Source: Myxococcota bacterium
GTDB taxonomy: Bacteria; Myxococcota_A; Polyangia; Nannocystales; Nannocystaceae
Length of the DNA: 64,000 nucleotides
Direction: 5' to 3'
NCBI GenBank assembly: GCA_039028615.1
Contig: JBCCHT010000038.1
Span: 52,441-116,440 of the forward strand
The position numbers and the translations under genes were made by a program. Shown one piece after another: positions 52,053 to 64,000 of the stretch (position 1 is the stretch's first letter; each line of letters begins with the position of its first letter). Below the pieces are notes generated by a model that was not told the DNA's origin, made no database searches, and worked only from the letters and a program-made list of their open reading frames with translations.

Positions 52053-53047
52053 CGACCGGCCTCCGCGACCCCGAGTTCGTCGCTCTGGGCCTCGCCCGCC
52101 AGTCGCCCCAAAAGGCGCACGAAGCCGTCTTCCACGGGCAGGTCGGTGACCAGGGGCAGCAGCACCAGGCCCTCGGCCTCACACTGGTCTCGGAGCCCCT
52201 GCAGGTGTGCGCCGACCCGCTGCAGATAGTCGTCTCGCAGGCTCCGTCCCGGCGCTTCCAGAGCCGGTCGCAGCTCGCGGAGGTCCTCGAAGCGGATCAT
52301 GCTGCGCTCGGTCCAGGGGAACTCGATCTCGTCGCGATGCAGCACCTGCACGATCACCACGTCGTGCTGGCGCGCGCGCAGCATGGCCAGGCCGCGGATC
52401 AGCTCGCCTTGGACCTCGTCCGCGTCTTCGTCGGTGGTGCCCGGGTCGAGTAGATCGGACAGCACCACCACCAAGCTGCGGCGGGGCAGGCGAGGGGCGA
52501 CGGTGCCTAGGAGGTTGATCCAGGGGCAGCGCCCGCGGGGCTCGATCTCCGCGAGGCGATGGGCCAGCGCGGTCAGTCGATCATTGCCCGAGCGCGGCCG
52601 TACCAGCGCCGCGTCCACCGTCTGTTGGCGGCCCACCGCCAGTCCCACCGGGTCGCCCTGGCGCTGAGCCAGCCACGCCAGACCCCCCGCGATGGCCCGG
52701 GCGTAGCGCAGCTTGTGCTGCTCGCCTTCGCCGTAGTCCATGCCCGCGCCGCCGTCGAGCACCACCGTGATCGACAGCTCGTCCTCGCTCTGCGTGCGGC
52801 GCAGCACCAGGCGCTCGCGGCGGGCGACGGCACGCCAGTCGAGGTGCCGCGGATCGTCGCCGGGCACATAGGCGCGGTGGTCTCGGAACTCCAGACCCAG
52901 GCCCGCGCGTGTCGCCGCGTGGCGCCCATGACGACGCCCCCAGACCGGTCGCTGTACGATCAGGGGTCGGCCGCGCAGGCGCTCGCGGAGCCCGGCGGGA
53001 ACCAGGTCTCCGAACGCTTCGTCGTTGGATTGCGAGTCTTCGGCCAC
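52049..53047 (-). CDS. DUF58 domain protein
   Basis: G.GLEFRDHRAYVPGDDPRHLDWR, VVVLSDL. Confidence 0.92.
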   Translation of the reverse strand: MAEDSQSNDEAFGDLVPAGLRERLRGRPLIVQRPVWGRRHGRHAATRAGLGLEFRDHRAYVPGDDPRHLDWRAVARRERLVLRRTQSEDELSITVVLDGGAGMDYGEGEQHKLRYARAIAGGLAWLAQRQGDPVGLAVGRQQTVDAALVRPRSGNDRLTALAHRLAEIEPRGRCPWINLLGTVAPRLPRRSLVVVLSDLLDPGTTDEDADEVQGELIRGLAMLRARQHDVVIVQVLHRDEIEFPWTERSMIRFEDLRELRPALEAPGRSLRDDYLQRVGAHLQGLRDQCEAEGLVLLPLVTDLPVEDGFVRLLGRLAGEAQSDELGVAEAGR

Positions 53048-53060
53048 CGACCGCGCCTTC

Positions 53061-54074
<1,014 letters not shown>

Positions 54075-54355
54075 GGGCGCGATGTCGATTGGTATACCCG
54101 CGCTGCCCCCTCCCGTCACACGCCACCCCGCCTGGCCCCGGCTCGTGCGCGACCCTCGTCGATTCGCCCGGTTCGGCCCTCCGCTTGCCGCCGTCGGCGC
54201 TGGGCTGGCGAGGCGGATCTTCCGCATTACCTCGTCATAAATCGGAGAACTCTCTCCGTTGACGAACGGCCCTCTGTGAGCCACATTTCTGCCGGGTCGC
54301 CGTCCAAGAATCCAAAAACACGGCGACAAATCGAAGAATCGGAAGCGAGAACTCC

Positions 54356-55522
<1,167 letters not shown>

Positions 55523-55539
55523 GTCCGGCTGAAGGCGAG

Positions 55540-55583
55540 ACGGAGGCGCGCGGGGCCGAGGGGCTGCGCTCGCCTCCGTTTTC
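55540..55583 (+). terminator. Probable intrinsic terminator
   Basis: acggaggcgcgcgg...ctgcgctcgcctccg followed by tttt. Confidence 0.55.
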
Positions 55584-55640
55584 CGTTTCGAAGGTGTACG
55601 GCGTCGACGTACCTGTCCGCTCGTAGCGTCGTGCTACGGT

Positions 55641-56318
55641 TTGTTCGTGCGCGGCGTCGTCTCACTGCTCTCGGTGTTGTTGCTGGCGGGCGGGTGCGAG
55701 GCGGGCAGCGTGCCGAGCCCCAACGCGCCCGGGCCCGAGGCGGCACCCGAGGCCGCGGCCGCTGCATTCCCGACGTCTCGCTCGGGCACGGAGCTGGTCG
55801 GCACTCCAGCCCCGCCGCTATCCGAGAACCTGAAGTGGATCAACGGCGATCCGCTCACGCTGGAGTCGCTGCGGGGCAAGGTCGTGCTCGTTCGCTTCTG
55901 GACGAACACCTGCCCCTTTTGCGCGGCCAGTGCTCCCGGGCTGACGCAGCTGCATGAGCGCTACGCGGACCAGGGCTTGGTCGTGCTCGGGCTGTTTCAC
56001 CCGAAGCCGCGCGGTTCGGCGGTGGAGGTCGAGGCCATCTCGGCGCGGGCGAAGGAGCTGGGCATGCCGTTTGCCATCGCGAGCGACGAGAGCTGGGAGA
56101 CGCTCGATCGCTGGTGGCTGAACAACGGCGAGCGCGGGCGAGCGGCGACGTCGGTGAGCTTCTTGCTCGATGCCGAGGGCACCATTCGTTGGATTCATCC
56201 GGGGCCCGAGTTCCACCCCGAGGGGCCGGAGGAGCACGAGCAGTGCCGCGCCGACTTCGATGATGCGGTGCGGGCGATCGATGGGTTGCTGGCGGAGCGT
56301 CGGCCCTCGGCGTCCTGA
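55641..56318 (+). CDS. TlpA/redoxin-family lipoprotein
   Basis: LAGGC lipobox, LESLRGKVVLVRFWTNTCPFC, FLLDAEGTIRW. Confidence 0.88.
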   Translation: MFVRGVVSLLSVLLLAGGCEAGSVPSPNAPGPEAAPEAAAAAFPTSRSGTELVGTPAPPLSENLKWINGDPLTLESLRGKVVLVRFWTNTCPFCAASAPGLTQLHERYADQGLVVLGLFHPKPRGSAVEVEAISARAKELGMPFAIASDESWETLDRWWLNNGERGRAATSVSFLLDAEGTIRWIHPGPEFHPEGPEEHEQCRADFDDAVRAIDGLLAERRPSAS

Positions 56319-56423
56319 GCGTTGGTCGATATCCGAGGTGGGGGTGAGTGCACTCGCGCCCCGTGGGCGCGGCGGCGTCGTGGTTTACCGTCGGTTTGCG
56401 GATCTTGCCGACCTTGCGCGGAA

Positions 56424-57508
56424 TGCCACGCCTATCATGGGCTCATCCAATGAACGTAGACCAGCGGTTCGACGGCGGGGGATTCGGTGGGGCAGTGCGG
56501 ACGTGGGCATGCGCGGTGGCGTTGGCCTGCGGCGCGGTGTCGTGCGGCGACGATGGCTCGTCGACGGGTGGGGACGACTCGAGTGTGGCTCCGACGACAT
56601 CGGCGACCACGATCGCGACCCCCGGGGAGTCGGGCTCGAGTGCGAGCACCTCGATGGGTGTCACCTCGACGACCAACGGCAGTACGGGGCCGAGTCTCGA
56701 CGGTGGCTCGACGACTTCGGGAGGGTCGATGGACAGCACGGGGCCGGGCTCGGCGACCGATGGTCCGCCGATCTTCGACTTGGGCATTCCCGATGCGCCG
56801 CCGACGAAGGACGCCGAGCCTTGGTTGGTGCGCTTGGCGGTGGTCGATGGCAATCGGCACCTGTTTCAGATCGACATCGAGACGGCGGCGACGACCGACC
56901 TGTGCACGGTGATGGATGCGGCCACGATGACGCCGCTGACCGGGAACACCTCGACGATCACGTTCACCCGTGACGATCGGCTGCTCTTCGTACGCGGGCA
57001 GACCGTGCTTTGGGAGCTCGCGTTGCCCTCGTGCATCGCGACGGAGATCGGGCCGATCGGGTTCGGTGGCGTCAACGGGATCTGCCCCGATGAGGGGAAC
57101 AACCTCTATGGGCTGTCGACCACTTCGGACGTGTTGTTGGCGATCGATGCCAATACCGGGGTGGGAACGGAGATCGGTGCGCTCGGGCAGGACTGGGGAT
57201 CGCTCGGGGGGACGTGGAACGAGGACGAGCAGCGGGTCTTGGGGATCAACTCCAATACGGACGCGCTGTACGAGATCAATCAGCTGTCGGGGGCGGCGAC
57301 GCAGGTGCAGGTGTTGCCGTTGCTGTTTGCGAGCGTGGGGATGGAGTATCACCCGCTGACGTCGCGCATTTATGCGTGCACGAACGACAGCCATCTGTAT
57401 CGGTTGGAGGATGACGGGACGTTGACGGATCTGGGGGATACGGGGTTGGGGACGTGCGACAACCTCGGGGCGCCGTGGAGTCCCGACGTGCCGATCCCCC
57501 GGCCGTAG
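56424..57508 (+). CDS. Stalked lipoprotein with probable beta-propeller head
   Basis: GAVSC lipobox, Ser/Thr/Gly stalk, repeated blade-like L..ID..TG..TEIG units. Confidence 0.75.
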
Positions 57509-57520
57509 CCGGAAGAAAAA

Positions 57521-57552
57521 GATGCCGCGCTCGGTGACCCGAGCGCGGCATC
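57521..57552. terminator. Perfect 14-bp hairpin
   Basis: gatgccgcgctcgg-tgac-ccgagcgcggcatc preceded by an A-tract. Confidence 0.65.
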
Positions 57553-57885
57553 GGCTTCGCACGTCCGTGGTGGTGGGGAGGTGCTCGACGCACTCGTTTC
57601 GAGTCGCCGACCTGAGAGGGAATGACGACACTGTCGATTCTCATTCAGACCCACTCGAAAAAATCGTCCCGAGCCCAGGCTCGACCACCGCTGGCGAGCC
57701 GCACTGCTTCGCATGACCAAGCCAACGAGCCGGGCTCCCGAGGGATACCCGGCTCATCGCGTCATGATCCACGGCCCGCGAGCCCGACTCACGAACCGCG
57801 ACCACCCATCACGCCGTGGCCATGCCTGAAGGGCACGCGGTAGACCGAAGGGAAGAACGGCGCGTTCGTTGCGGTACGGTGAAGC

Positions 57886-58368
57886 GTGCTCGGAGGCGCC
57901 GACAACCCGCTCTACTCCGCGTTCAAGGCACTGATCGACGTGCTTTGCTATCCGATGACGCTGCTGGACGGACGCGGACGAACGGGCGGCATCGTGGCAC
58001 TCACGCTCGGCGTGCTCATGCTCCCCGCGGGGTGGTGGGTCGCCTCCACGACCTCGTTGCTCGGCCTCGGACTGTGCGGGGTCGGCATCGCGTATTGGTT
58101 CTACGGCCTGTCTCGATTGATGGGCAACGAGGCTCGGCTCTACCGCGACTTCGATACGGACGTTCCGCTGCCGAAGCCGCTGCCGAAGCCCGAACTCGAG
58201 GCGGTGCTCGAGTCCCGCCCGCTACCCTTCTTCGTCTGCGCACGCTGCCGAGTCGTGATGGATCCGGGCGAGTGCGGCGGCGTCTGCCCGCGCTGCAGCT
58301 CGGAGACCGATTGTATCCCGGTCTACAAGGACGACGACCGCGGCATCGCCCGGTCGTCGATCTACTAG
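57886..58368 (+). CDS. Membrane protein with C-terminal Cys4 zinc-ribbon-like motif
   Basis: Two TM helices, then CARC..EC..VCPRC....DC. Confidence 0.65.
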   Translation: MLGGADNPLYSAFKALIDVLCYPMTLLDGRGRTGGIVALTLGVLMLPAGWWVASTTSLLGLGLCGVGIAYWFYGLSRLMGNEARLYRDFDTDVPLPKPLPKPELEAVLESRPLPFFVCARCRVVMDPGECGGVCPRCSSETDCIPVYKDDDRGIARSSIY

Positions 58369-58742
58369 TCGTTGCCCCAGCGCTTGTGGGCGATGACCGT
58401 CAGCGTGACGATCACGATCTCCGCGATGAACGGCCGCAGGCTGTCGGCGGCGAAACCATCGACCACGAGCCCGACGCCGCGCCCCACGGTGACCGCGGCC
58501 ATCATGACCGCCACCGCCAAGAACCACTGGGTGTTCTTGCGGACGAGCCCGGTGACGAGCATCGCTCCGCTGCCCACCAATAGACCCCCGATGGCGCCGC
58601 GGATGCTGTTGAGCCCGACGACCCCGTCGGGCAGCACGTGAGTCTTGGCCGCCATCGACTCGGGCGCGAACATGATGGCGAGGCCGCCTCCCAGCAGCGG
58701 CAGGCTGATGAGACCGAGAAGGACTTTGAGTACGCGATCCAT
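58365..58742 (-). CDS. DUF4345-like four-TM protein
   Basis: GLNSIRGAIGG..GRGVGLVVDG..AE; AGGAG upstream. Confidence 0.75.
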   Translation of the reverse strand: MDRVLKVLLGLISLPLLGGGLAIMFAPESMAAKTHVLPDGVVGLNSIRGAIGGLLVGSGAMLVTGLVRKNTQWFLAVAVMMAAVTVGRGVGLVVDGFAADSLRPFIAEIVIVTLTVIAHKRWGND

Positions 58743-58751
58743 GACGAGCTC

Positions 58752-58808
58752 CTAGGCGGCCACGGGTTGCGAGGTAGGCAAGGGTCGGATGACGAAGACG
58801 GTGGCCAT
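58752..58808 (-). other. 18-codon ORF MATVFVIRPLPTSQPVAA (leader peptide or gene remnant)
   Basis: AAGGA Shine-Dalgarno ahead of the ATG; its TAG overlaps the AGGAG of the next gene. Confidence 0.4.
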
Positions 58809-58883
58809 GGCGGATTTCCTTTGCTGACGAGGCAAAGGTAGGATCCGTTGGCACCGGATGAGCGAGGCAAGTTCGCATCGACC

Positions 58884-58899
58884 GATGCACGCGTGCATC
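58884..58899. promoter_or_regulatory. Perfect 16-bp palindrome, possible LysR site
   Basis: gatgcacgcgtgcatc in the divergent intergenic region. Confidence 0.45.
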
Positions 58900-58936
58900 A
58901 CCCGCAAACCGCCATCTGAGGCACGATCACGGAGCA

Positions 58937-59824
58937 ATGGAGAACTGGGACGACCTGAGACTCTTCCTCGCCACCGCCCGCGCGGGCAGCTCGCGAGGGG
59001 GTGCCGAGGAGCTGGGCGTCAATCAGTCGACCATCTCGCGGCGGATCAGCGGGCTCGAAAAACGCCTGGCGGTGCGGCTATTCGATCGCAACCCGAGTGG
59101 GCTCGAGCTGACCGCAGCGGGACAAGAGCTGTTGATCCTCGCGACCGAGGTCGAAGAGGGCATCGATGCGCTCGACCGTCGGCTGCAAGGGCGGGACCTC
59201 GAGCTGCGCGGCCCGGTGCGGCTGTCGTTGCCCGATGTCTTCGTCGCGCCCACGGCGGGGCACCTCGCTCGTTTCGCGGCTCAGTATCCGCAGATCGAGC
59301 TCGAGGTGATGGTCGACAACAGCGTGGTGAGCCTGACCCAGCGCGAGGCCGATCTCGCGCTGCGGATGGCCGGCAGCCCTCCGCAGCAGCTGGTGGGGCG
59401 TCGCATCTCTCCGGTGAAAATGGCGATCTACGGCGCGGTCGAGTACCTGCGAGGGCGGGAGGAGCCCATCGATCCCGCGACCCTCGACTGGGTACGATGG
59501 GACGAAGAGTGGCGGGGGGCCCCGCCCGAGGCATGGATCGACGCCAACGTGCCGCCCGAAAAGACCCGCGGTCGCATCAACACGAGCCTGGGCCACGCCG
59601 AGCTCGTGGCCCAGGGCGTGGGAGTGGGCATCAAGCTGTGCTACTCGGGCGACGCCGACCCGCGGCTACGGCGAGTCGGGGAGCCCTTCGATTTTGGGTT
59701 CGGGCTGTGGCTGCTGACGCACGAGGACCTGCGCAGCACGGCCCGCGTGCGGGCGTTGATGCGCTTTTTGGGCGATGCCCTGGCGGCCGAGCGACCTCGT
59801 TTCGAAGGGGTGTCCCGATCCTGA
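58937..59824 (+). CDS. LysR-family transcriptional regulator
   Basis: NWDDLRLFLA.ARAGS..A..LGVNQSTISRRI..LE..L..RLFDR; SLTQREADLALR. Confidence 0.93.
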   Translation: MENWDDLRLFLATARAGSSRGGAEELGVNQSTISRRISGLEKRLAVRLFDRNPSGLELTAAGQELLILATEVEEGIDALDRRLQGRDLELRGPVRLSLPDVFVAPTAGHLARFAAQYPQIELEVMVDNSVVSLTQREADLALRMAGSPPQQLVGRRISPVKMAIYGAVEYLRGREEPIDPATLDWVRWDEEWRGAPPEAWIDANVPPEKTRGRINTSLGHAELVAQGVGVGIKLCYSGDADPRLRRVGEPFDFGFGLWLLTHEDLRSTARVRALMRFLGDALAAERPRFEGVSRS

Positions 59825-59864
59825 GCGCTTGCATCGGTGGGGGCGGCGTCGCAAGGTTTCGAGC

Positions 59865-60056
59865 ATGACCCGAGATCGAGCGATCATGGTGGGCGTGGTG
59901 GTGGGAGCCATCGCCGCGGCGCTTCAGGCGTGGTGGCTGTGGACGATGATCGGCTTCGGCTTTTGGTTCCTCGCGCTGGTCGTGCCCATGTGCCTGATGA
60001 CGATGCAGGTAGTGGGCGGCACGGCGGCGAAGTTCTTGATGAGCCTCGGCGACTGA
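59865..60056 (+). CDS. Small two-TM membrane protein
   Basis: 63 aa, strongly hydrophobic. Confidence 0.55.
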   Translation: MTRDRAIMVGVVVGAIAAALQAWWLWTMIGFGFWFLALVVPMCLMTMQVVGGTAAKFLMSLGD

Positions 60057-60072
60057 GCGAGCACGCGGCGCG

Positions 60073-61938
60073 TCAGGCCAGCGGCGGCGCGACGTCCTCG
60101 GGCCAGATCTGCTCGAGCCATCCCCGATCCATGCGCGACGCGTGGGGGATGTTCCAGTCGGCCTGGGCCCCGTGGGCGCGGGTGCGACGAACGAGTTCGG
60201 CGATGAGGGCTTCGTCGCGGGGCGGGATGTGGACCGCCTTGCCGAAGCGAGCGTTGCTCAGGTGTCGGTTGACGGCGTCCCACTGCCCGCCGAGGCCGGC
60301 GACCAGGGCCGCCGCGAGCCCGACCGCCCGCGGGGCATTGCCGTAGACGGTGCGGTTGAGCGCGTCGTCCCACTTGTTGCCGACCTCGGGCATCACGGAC
60401 AGCAGGCGGCGGGCGGCGGTGAGCCGACCGGAGAGGGCTGCGATGCGGACGAGCGAGGAACCGGAGGCGTACAGCGAGTCGGGGTCGGACAGCTTGCCGG
60501 AGAACCCCGCGAACCACCACTCGACACGAGCCCAGGCTTCGTCGAGGTCACCGCGGGCGAGGGCCTGCTCACCCTTCATGGCGGCGAGGTAGAGCACCAT
60601 CTGCGAGGGCGGAATCTCGACGAGGCGACGGTAGCCGCTGGTCGGGGTGACGGGGCCGGGCGGGCCCGAGGCGCACTCGGTGAGCCACGCGGCGGGCGGC
60701 GGCGGGCTGAGCCGCGCGAGGGGGGCGACCCTTCGCTCCCGTTCGCGTCGCTGGACCCGGCGGGACCCCCAGATCGCCCCGAAGGGCGTGCCGACGTAGA
60801 TGTTCGCGGCGAAGCCGATGAGCGCACCCACGAAGCCGGGGCCGCCCGCGGCGAGGGTGAGCACGGTGGAGGCAGCGAAGACGATGCCGTAGGTGGTCAG
60901 CAGGGTTGCCGCCGCCGTGCCGCGAGAGGCGGGCACGAGGTCGGCCGCGATGGGCTGGGCGAGCTCCTGGAGCTCGGTGGGCGCGACCACGGCCAGGCTG
61001 GTGGCGCCGCCGACCGGATCGTCGGGGCTCATGTGCCGGTAGCCGCCCTCGTCGATGATCTGCATCCGCGGGAAGAGGCGGCGCAGCAGCTGGCGGTAGT
61101 TGCCGCTGCCGTCGCGACGGAGGCGATCGTGGAAGTCGTCGAGCAGCTGGTGCAGGCGCTCGGCGGTGACGGCCAGCGCGATCATGTGCAGGGTGGGCAG
61201 CTCCGCCTCGAGGGTGGAGCCCTCGACGTCGCTCCAGGCGATGGCCAGCGGTCCGTCGTCGGGTTCGCTGGCGCGCTCGAGCACCCGCAGGGCGGCGAGC
61301 AGGGCCGCGCCCTCGGTGTCGGCCTCGGCATCGGAGATGTCTTCGCTCGAGGCGACGCCCGAGTCGGTGAAGCTGCCGGGCGACAGCCACGCCAAGATCG
61401 ACCGCAGCACCTCGGCGCGCAGGCCCGCTTCCCAGTTGCGGCGGCGACGGAAGGCGTCGATGTCTTGTTCGCGGAGCGACAGGGCCTCGATAGCCGCCAC
61501 CACGTCGCCGCGGCTCAGGGCATCGATGGCGACGCGAGCGGCCGCCTCGAGCCGAATCTCGGGGAGCGCCCCGGAGGCGGCGACGCGCTGTAAGGCGGCG
61601 AGGCCCCGGGCCGTGTCGTGCGCGTACAGCTGTTGGGCGCGCCGCAGGTTGGACTTGCCCCGCGCCGAGAACCAGTGGTGCGCGCCCAGGGTGCCGAAGG
61701 GCGACGCCAGCACGCCCAGGGCGGCTGCCCCCACGCCGAGGCCGATGCCGGAGCCGACCAGCGCGATGGCGGTGCCCACCGCGATCGGGGCCCCAAACGC
61801 CACCGTGAAGACCTTCCAGCCGTCGGCGTGCCCGGTGGGGTAAAACGACGGCGCGCGCTTGAGGGCGGTGGGCGTGCGGAGGGCAAGAGCTGCGCTCGGG
61901 CTGGTCTGACCGCCCGTGTTCGCGTCCGCGTCGCTCAC
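60073..61938 (-). CDS. Hypothetical membrane protein with two TM-hairpin plus helical-repeat units
   Basis: Long ORF with coding-like codon use; two Gly-rich TM hairpins each followed by an Ala/Leu/Arg helical region. Confidence 0.7.
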   Translation of the reverse strand: MSDADANTGGQTSPSAALALRTPTALKRAPSFYPTGHADGWKVFTVAFGAPIAVGTAIALVGSGIGLGVGAAALGVLASPFGTLGAHHWFSARGKSNLRRAQQLYAHDTARGLAALQRVAASGALPEIRLEAAARVAIDALSRGDVVAAIEALSLREQDIDAFRRRRNWEAGLRAEVLRSILAWLSPGSFTDSGVASSEDISDAEADTEGAALLAALRVLERASEPDDGPLAIAWSDVEGSTLEAELPTLHMIALAVTAERLHQLLDDFHDRLRRDGSGNYRQLLRRLFPRMQIIDEGGYRHMSPDDPVGGATSLAVVAPTELQELAQPIAADLVPASRGTAAATLLTTYGIVFAASTVLTLAAGGPGFVGALIGFAANIYVGTPFGAIWGSRRVQRRERERRVAPLARLSPPPPAAWLTECASGPPGPVTPTSGYRRLVEIPPSQMVLYLAAMKGEQALARGDLDEAWARVEWWFAGFSGKLSDPDSLYASGSSLVRIAALSGRLTAARRLLSVMPEVGNKWDDALNRTVYGNAPRAVGLAAALVAGLGGQWDAVNRHLSNARFGKAVHIPPRDEALIAELVRRTRAHGAQADWNIPHASRMDRGWLEQIWPEDVAPPLA

Positions 61939-61990
61939 CCCGCGATGATAGCGCTCGCGAACGGGAACGCAACGACCGCTGGAATTGACG

Positions 61991-62013
61991 AAGGGCCCCG
62001 CAAAGGGGGCCCC
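61991..62013 (-). terminator. Possible terminator downstream of the DUF5684-like gene
   Basis: aagggccccg-caaa-gggggccc hairpin. Confidence 0.4.
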
Positions 62014-62039
62014 TCGGAGATGATCGGGCGGTGCCGATC

Positions 62040-62378
62040 TCAGGCGTTCGCGTTGTACTGCGCGTCGCCGAAGCCGAGGATCGGGATGAAGATGAACCCG
62101 AGGAAGGCCATGCCGACCCCGAAGCCCGCGCTCTTGCCAAACTTCTCGGCCATCGCGACGAAGAGCAGGATGGCGACGATGATGTTGGCGATGGGGATCA
62201 GGAACAGGACCAGCCACCACGCCGGCTTGCCCGCGATCTGAGTCATCACGTAGATGTTGTAGATCGGGATGAGGGAGGCCCATCCTGGCTGTCCAGCCTT
62301 GGTGAAGACCTTCCAGAAGCCGGCGATGACGCCGATGGTGATCACGAGTTGGATGATGAGCGGTACGATGCTGTCCAT
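62040..62378 (-). CDS. DUF5684-like membrane protein
   Basis: WKVFTKAGQPGWASLIPIYN..GKPAWW..FGKSAGFG..ILGFGDAQY. Confidence 0.85.
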   Translation of the reverse strand: MDSIVPLIIQLVITIGVIAGFWKVFTKAGQPGWASLIPIYNIYVMTQIAGKPAWWLVLFLIPIANIIVAILLFVAMAEKFGKSAGFGVGMAFLGFIFIPILGFGDAQYNANA

Positions 62379-62597
62379 GTCGGTGTGACCCTGAGAGCGA
62401 GTGGGAGTAGGGGCGCGGGTGGGAGGGCGCGTGAGGCCAGAAGTGTCACCGTGATGGGGGCTCGGGTTCAAGCGAGAAACGGTGTCACTACTGGCAAATG
62501 CGAGTGGTTAACGTTGATGCGAGAACGCCGAACCCGGCACCTGGACCCTTGTGGGACGCTGCGATGCGAGGCGATCTACTCGATGTAGGAGACGGGC

Positions 62598-63419
62598 TCA
62601 CCGGCCGGATGGGCCCGACGGAGGCCATGGCCACAGTCGTGAAGTGGTCTGCTGATAGCGAGCGTACTCGGGATACTTGCGAAGCGTGAGGGCTTCGGTG
62701 AGCCGGGTCGACATCTGGAACAGCGCGGTGAGCAGCACGGCGCCGATGATCGACCAGTGCAGCCACGGCGCTCCCGCGGCGACGCCGAACAGATAGAAGC
62801 ACCACCACATGGCTTGCTCGGAGAAGAAGTTGGGGTGCCGCGACCAACGAAACAGCCCGGTGGTGAGGAATTTGTGGCGCACGGGCAGGCCCGCCTTCTG
62901 GCGTCGCTTCTTGTCGTTTTGAAAGCGCCACTGCTGCTCGTCGGCGAGGGCCTCACCGCACCAGAACAACAGGAAGCCGCCGGCCGCGATCGCATCGAGC
63001 ATGCCGAGCGGGCGCGAGGGCAGACTCATCACCACCCAGCCGGGCAGCGAGATCAGCAGCAACAACACGTGCTGGAACCCGGCCACGAACACGACGTTGA
63101 GCACGGCGAAGGTGAGCGGTGAGATTCGCTTGCGGACCTCGGCCCAGCGGTAGTCCTCGCCGCCCGGGGCATAGCCGCCTTTGCGGGCGAAGTTGTAGGT
63201 GAGCCGCCCGCCCCACAGCGCCACGAGTGCGGCCATGAGCAGCAGCCGAGGGTTGGGGTGATCGGCGAAGGCAAACCAGCTCACGTAGACGACCGGGGTG
63301 ATCGACCAGAGGCGATCGACCCACGAGTATTCCTTGGTGATGACCGACAGCAGCCAGCACAGCCCGGCAAAGGCGGCGCACGAATAGATCGCAATGGTGA
63401 GGGCGGGGGCGGGTTCCAT
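62598..63419 (-). CDS. DUF1295 (steroid 5-alpha-reductase-like) membrane protein
   Basis: YSWVDRLWS, WGGRLTYNF, EDYRW, EALADEQ, GLFRWSRHPNFFSE, Y.RYQQTTS. Confidence 0.9.
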   Translation of the reverse strand: MEPAPALTIAIYSCAAFAGLCWLLSVITKEYSWVDRLWSITPVVYVSWFAFADHPNPRLLLMAALVALWGGRLTYNFARKGGYAPGGEDYRWAEVRKRISPLTFAVLNVVFVAGFQHVLLLLISLPGWVVMSLPSRPLGMLDAIAAGGFLLFWCGEALADEQQWRFQNDKKRRQKAGLPVRHKFLTTGLFRWSRHPNFFSEQAMWWCFYLFGVAAGAPWLHWSIIGAVLLTALFQMSTRLTEALTLRKYPEYARYQQTTSRLWPWPPSGPSGR

Positions 63420-63482
63420 GGAAGCGGGGGCAGTATGCCTGGTTCGTTGCCGTCGTGGCCACGTCCGGGGCGGTCATGGAGT

Positions 63483-63923
63483 ATGGTCCCCGCCGTGTCC
63501 CGGCTCCTCGCTTGGTTTCCCGTCGTGTCCCTCGCGCTCGCGTGCAACTCCGGTCCGACGCCGCCGACGCCCACCGATGTGGCCGCACCGCCGCCCGACG
63601 CCGAGACCACGGCGTCCGGGCTGGCCTATCGCGTGCTGACGCCGGGCACGGGCACCGAGCACCCCACCGCTCGCAGCCAGGTCACGGTGCACTACTCGGG
63701 CTGGACCACCGACGGAGAGTTGTTCGACAGCTCGGTGCAGCGGGGGCAGCCGACGAAGTTCGGCCTCACCCAGGTGATCCCCGGCTGGACCGAAGGCGTG
63801 CAGCTGATGGTCGTCGGTGACAAGACCCGGTTTTGGATCCCGGGCAAGCTCGCCTACGACGGCCGGGCCGGCCGCCCCCAAGGCACGCTGGTCTTCGACA
63901 TCGAGCTGATCTCGATGCAGTAG
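63483..63923 (+). CDS. FKBP-type peptidyl-prolyl isomerase (lipoprotein)
   Basis: LALAC; TASGLAYRVL..VTVHYSGW..FDSS..VIPGWTEG..WIPGKLAY..TLVFDIEL. Confidence 0.94.
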   Translation: MVPAVSRLLAWFPVVSLALACNSGPTPPTPTDVAAPPPDAETTASGLAYRVLTPGTGTEHPTARSQVTVHYSGWTTDGELFDSSVQRGQPTKFGLTQVIPGWTEGVQLMVVGDKTRFWIPGKLAYDGRAGRPQGTLVFDIELISMQ

Positions 63924-64000
63924 CGGGGTGGGTGGGGTTGACCCCCAAAACCCCACCGGGGGTGGGTAGGGGAGGGGGGGGGGGGGGGGGGGGGCCCCCC

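Noticed and set aside
63924..64000. G-rich tract with a long poly-G run (possible G-quadruplex or repeat)
   Set aside because: It sits at the window edge and resembles a low-quality contig end or sequencing artefact

Overview
High-GC chromosomal segment of a myxobacterium. The gene content (TIGR04551-type outer-membrane protein, FHA-sigma54 activator, PEGA Ser/Thr kinase, many Ser/Thr/Gly-stalked Cys-rich lipoproteins) looks most like Nannocystaceae (Plesiocystis/Enhygromyxa-like); this assignment is an inference. About 55 CDS are supported. Housekeeping genes include selB, cinA, recA, radA, nagZ, thyA, folA, moeB/moeZ, a moxR-DUF58-BatA/vWA operon, a PP2C phosphatase and an FKBP. I found no rRNA, tRNA, CRISPR array, integrase or transposase. 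The first ~26 kb is a cell-surface and signalling region and holds the most unusual items: (i) a TolC-HlyD-ABC type I-like exporter whose only ABC subunit has lost all four ATP-hydrolysis motifs but keeps Walker A, with a divergent wHTH regulator and a perfect 13-bp inverted repeat between them; (ii) a leaderless protein made of three fused phage tail-collar domains; (iii) a Bap1/RbmC-like FG-GAP beta-propeller lipoprotein; (iv) a CotH kinase-MopE-C-type lectin fusion; (v) several unrelated lipoproteins sharing a stalk followed by a short hydrophobic-Asp-Gly motif. All family calls come from motifs read by eye, and start codons are best guesses. No database search was run.
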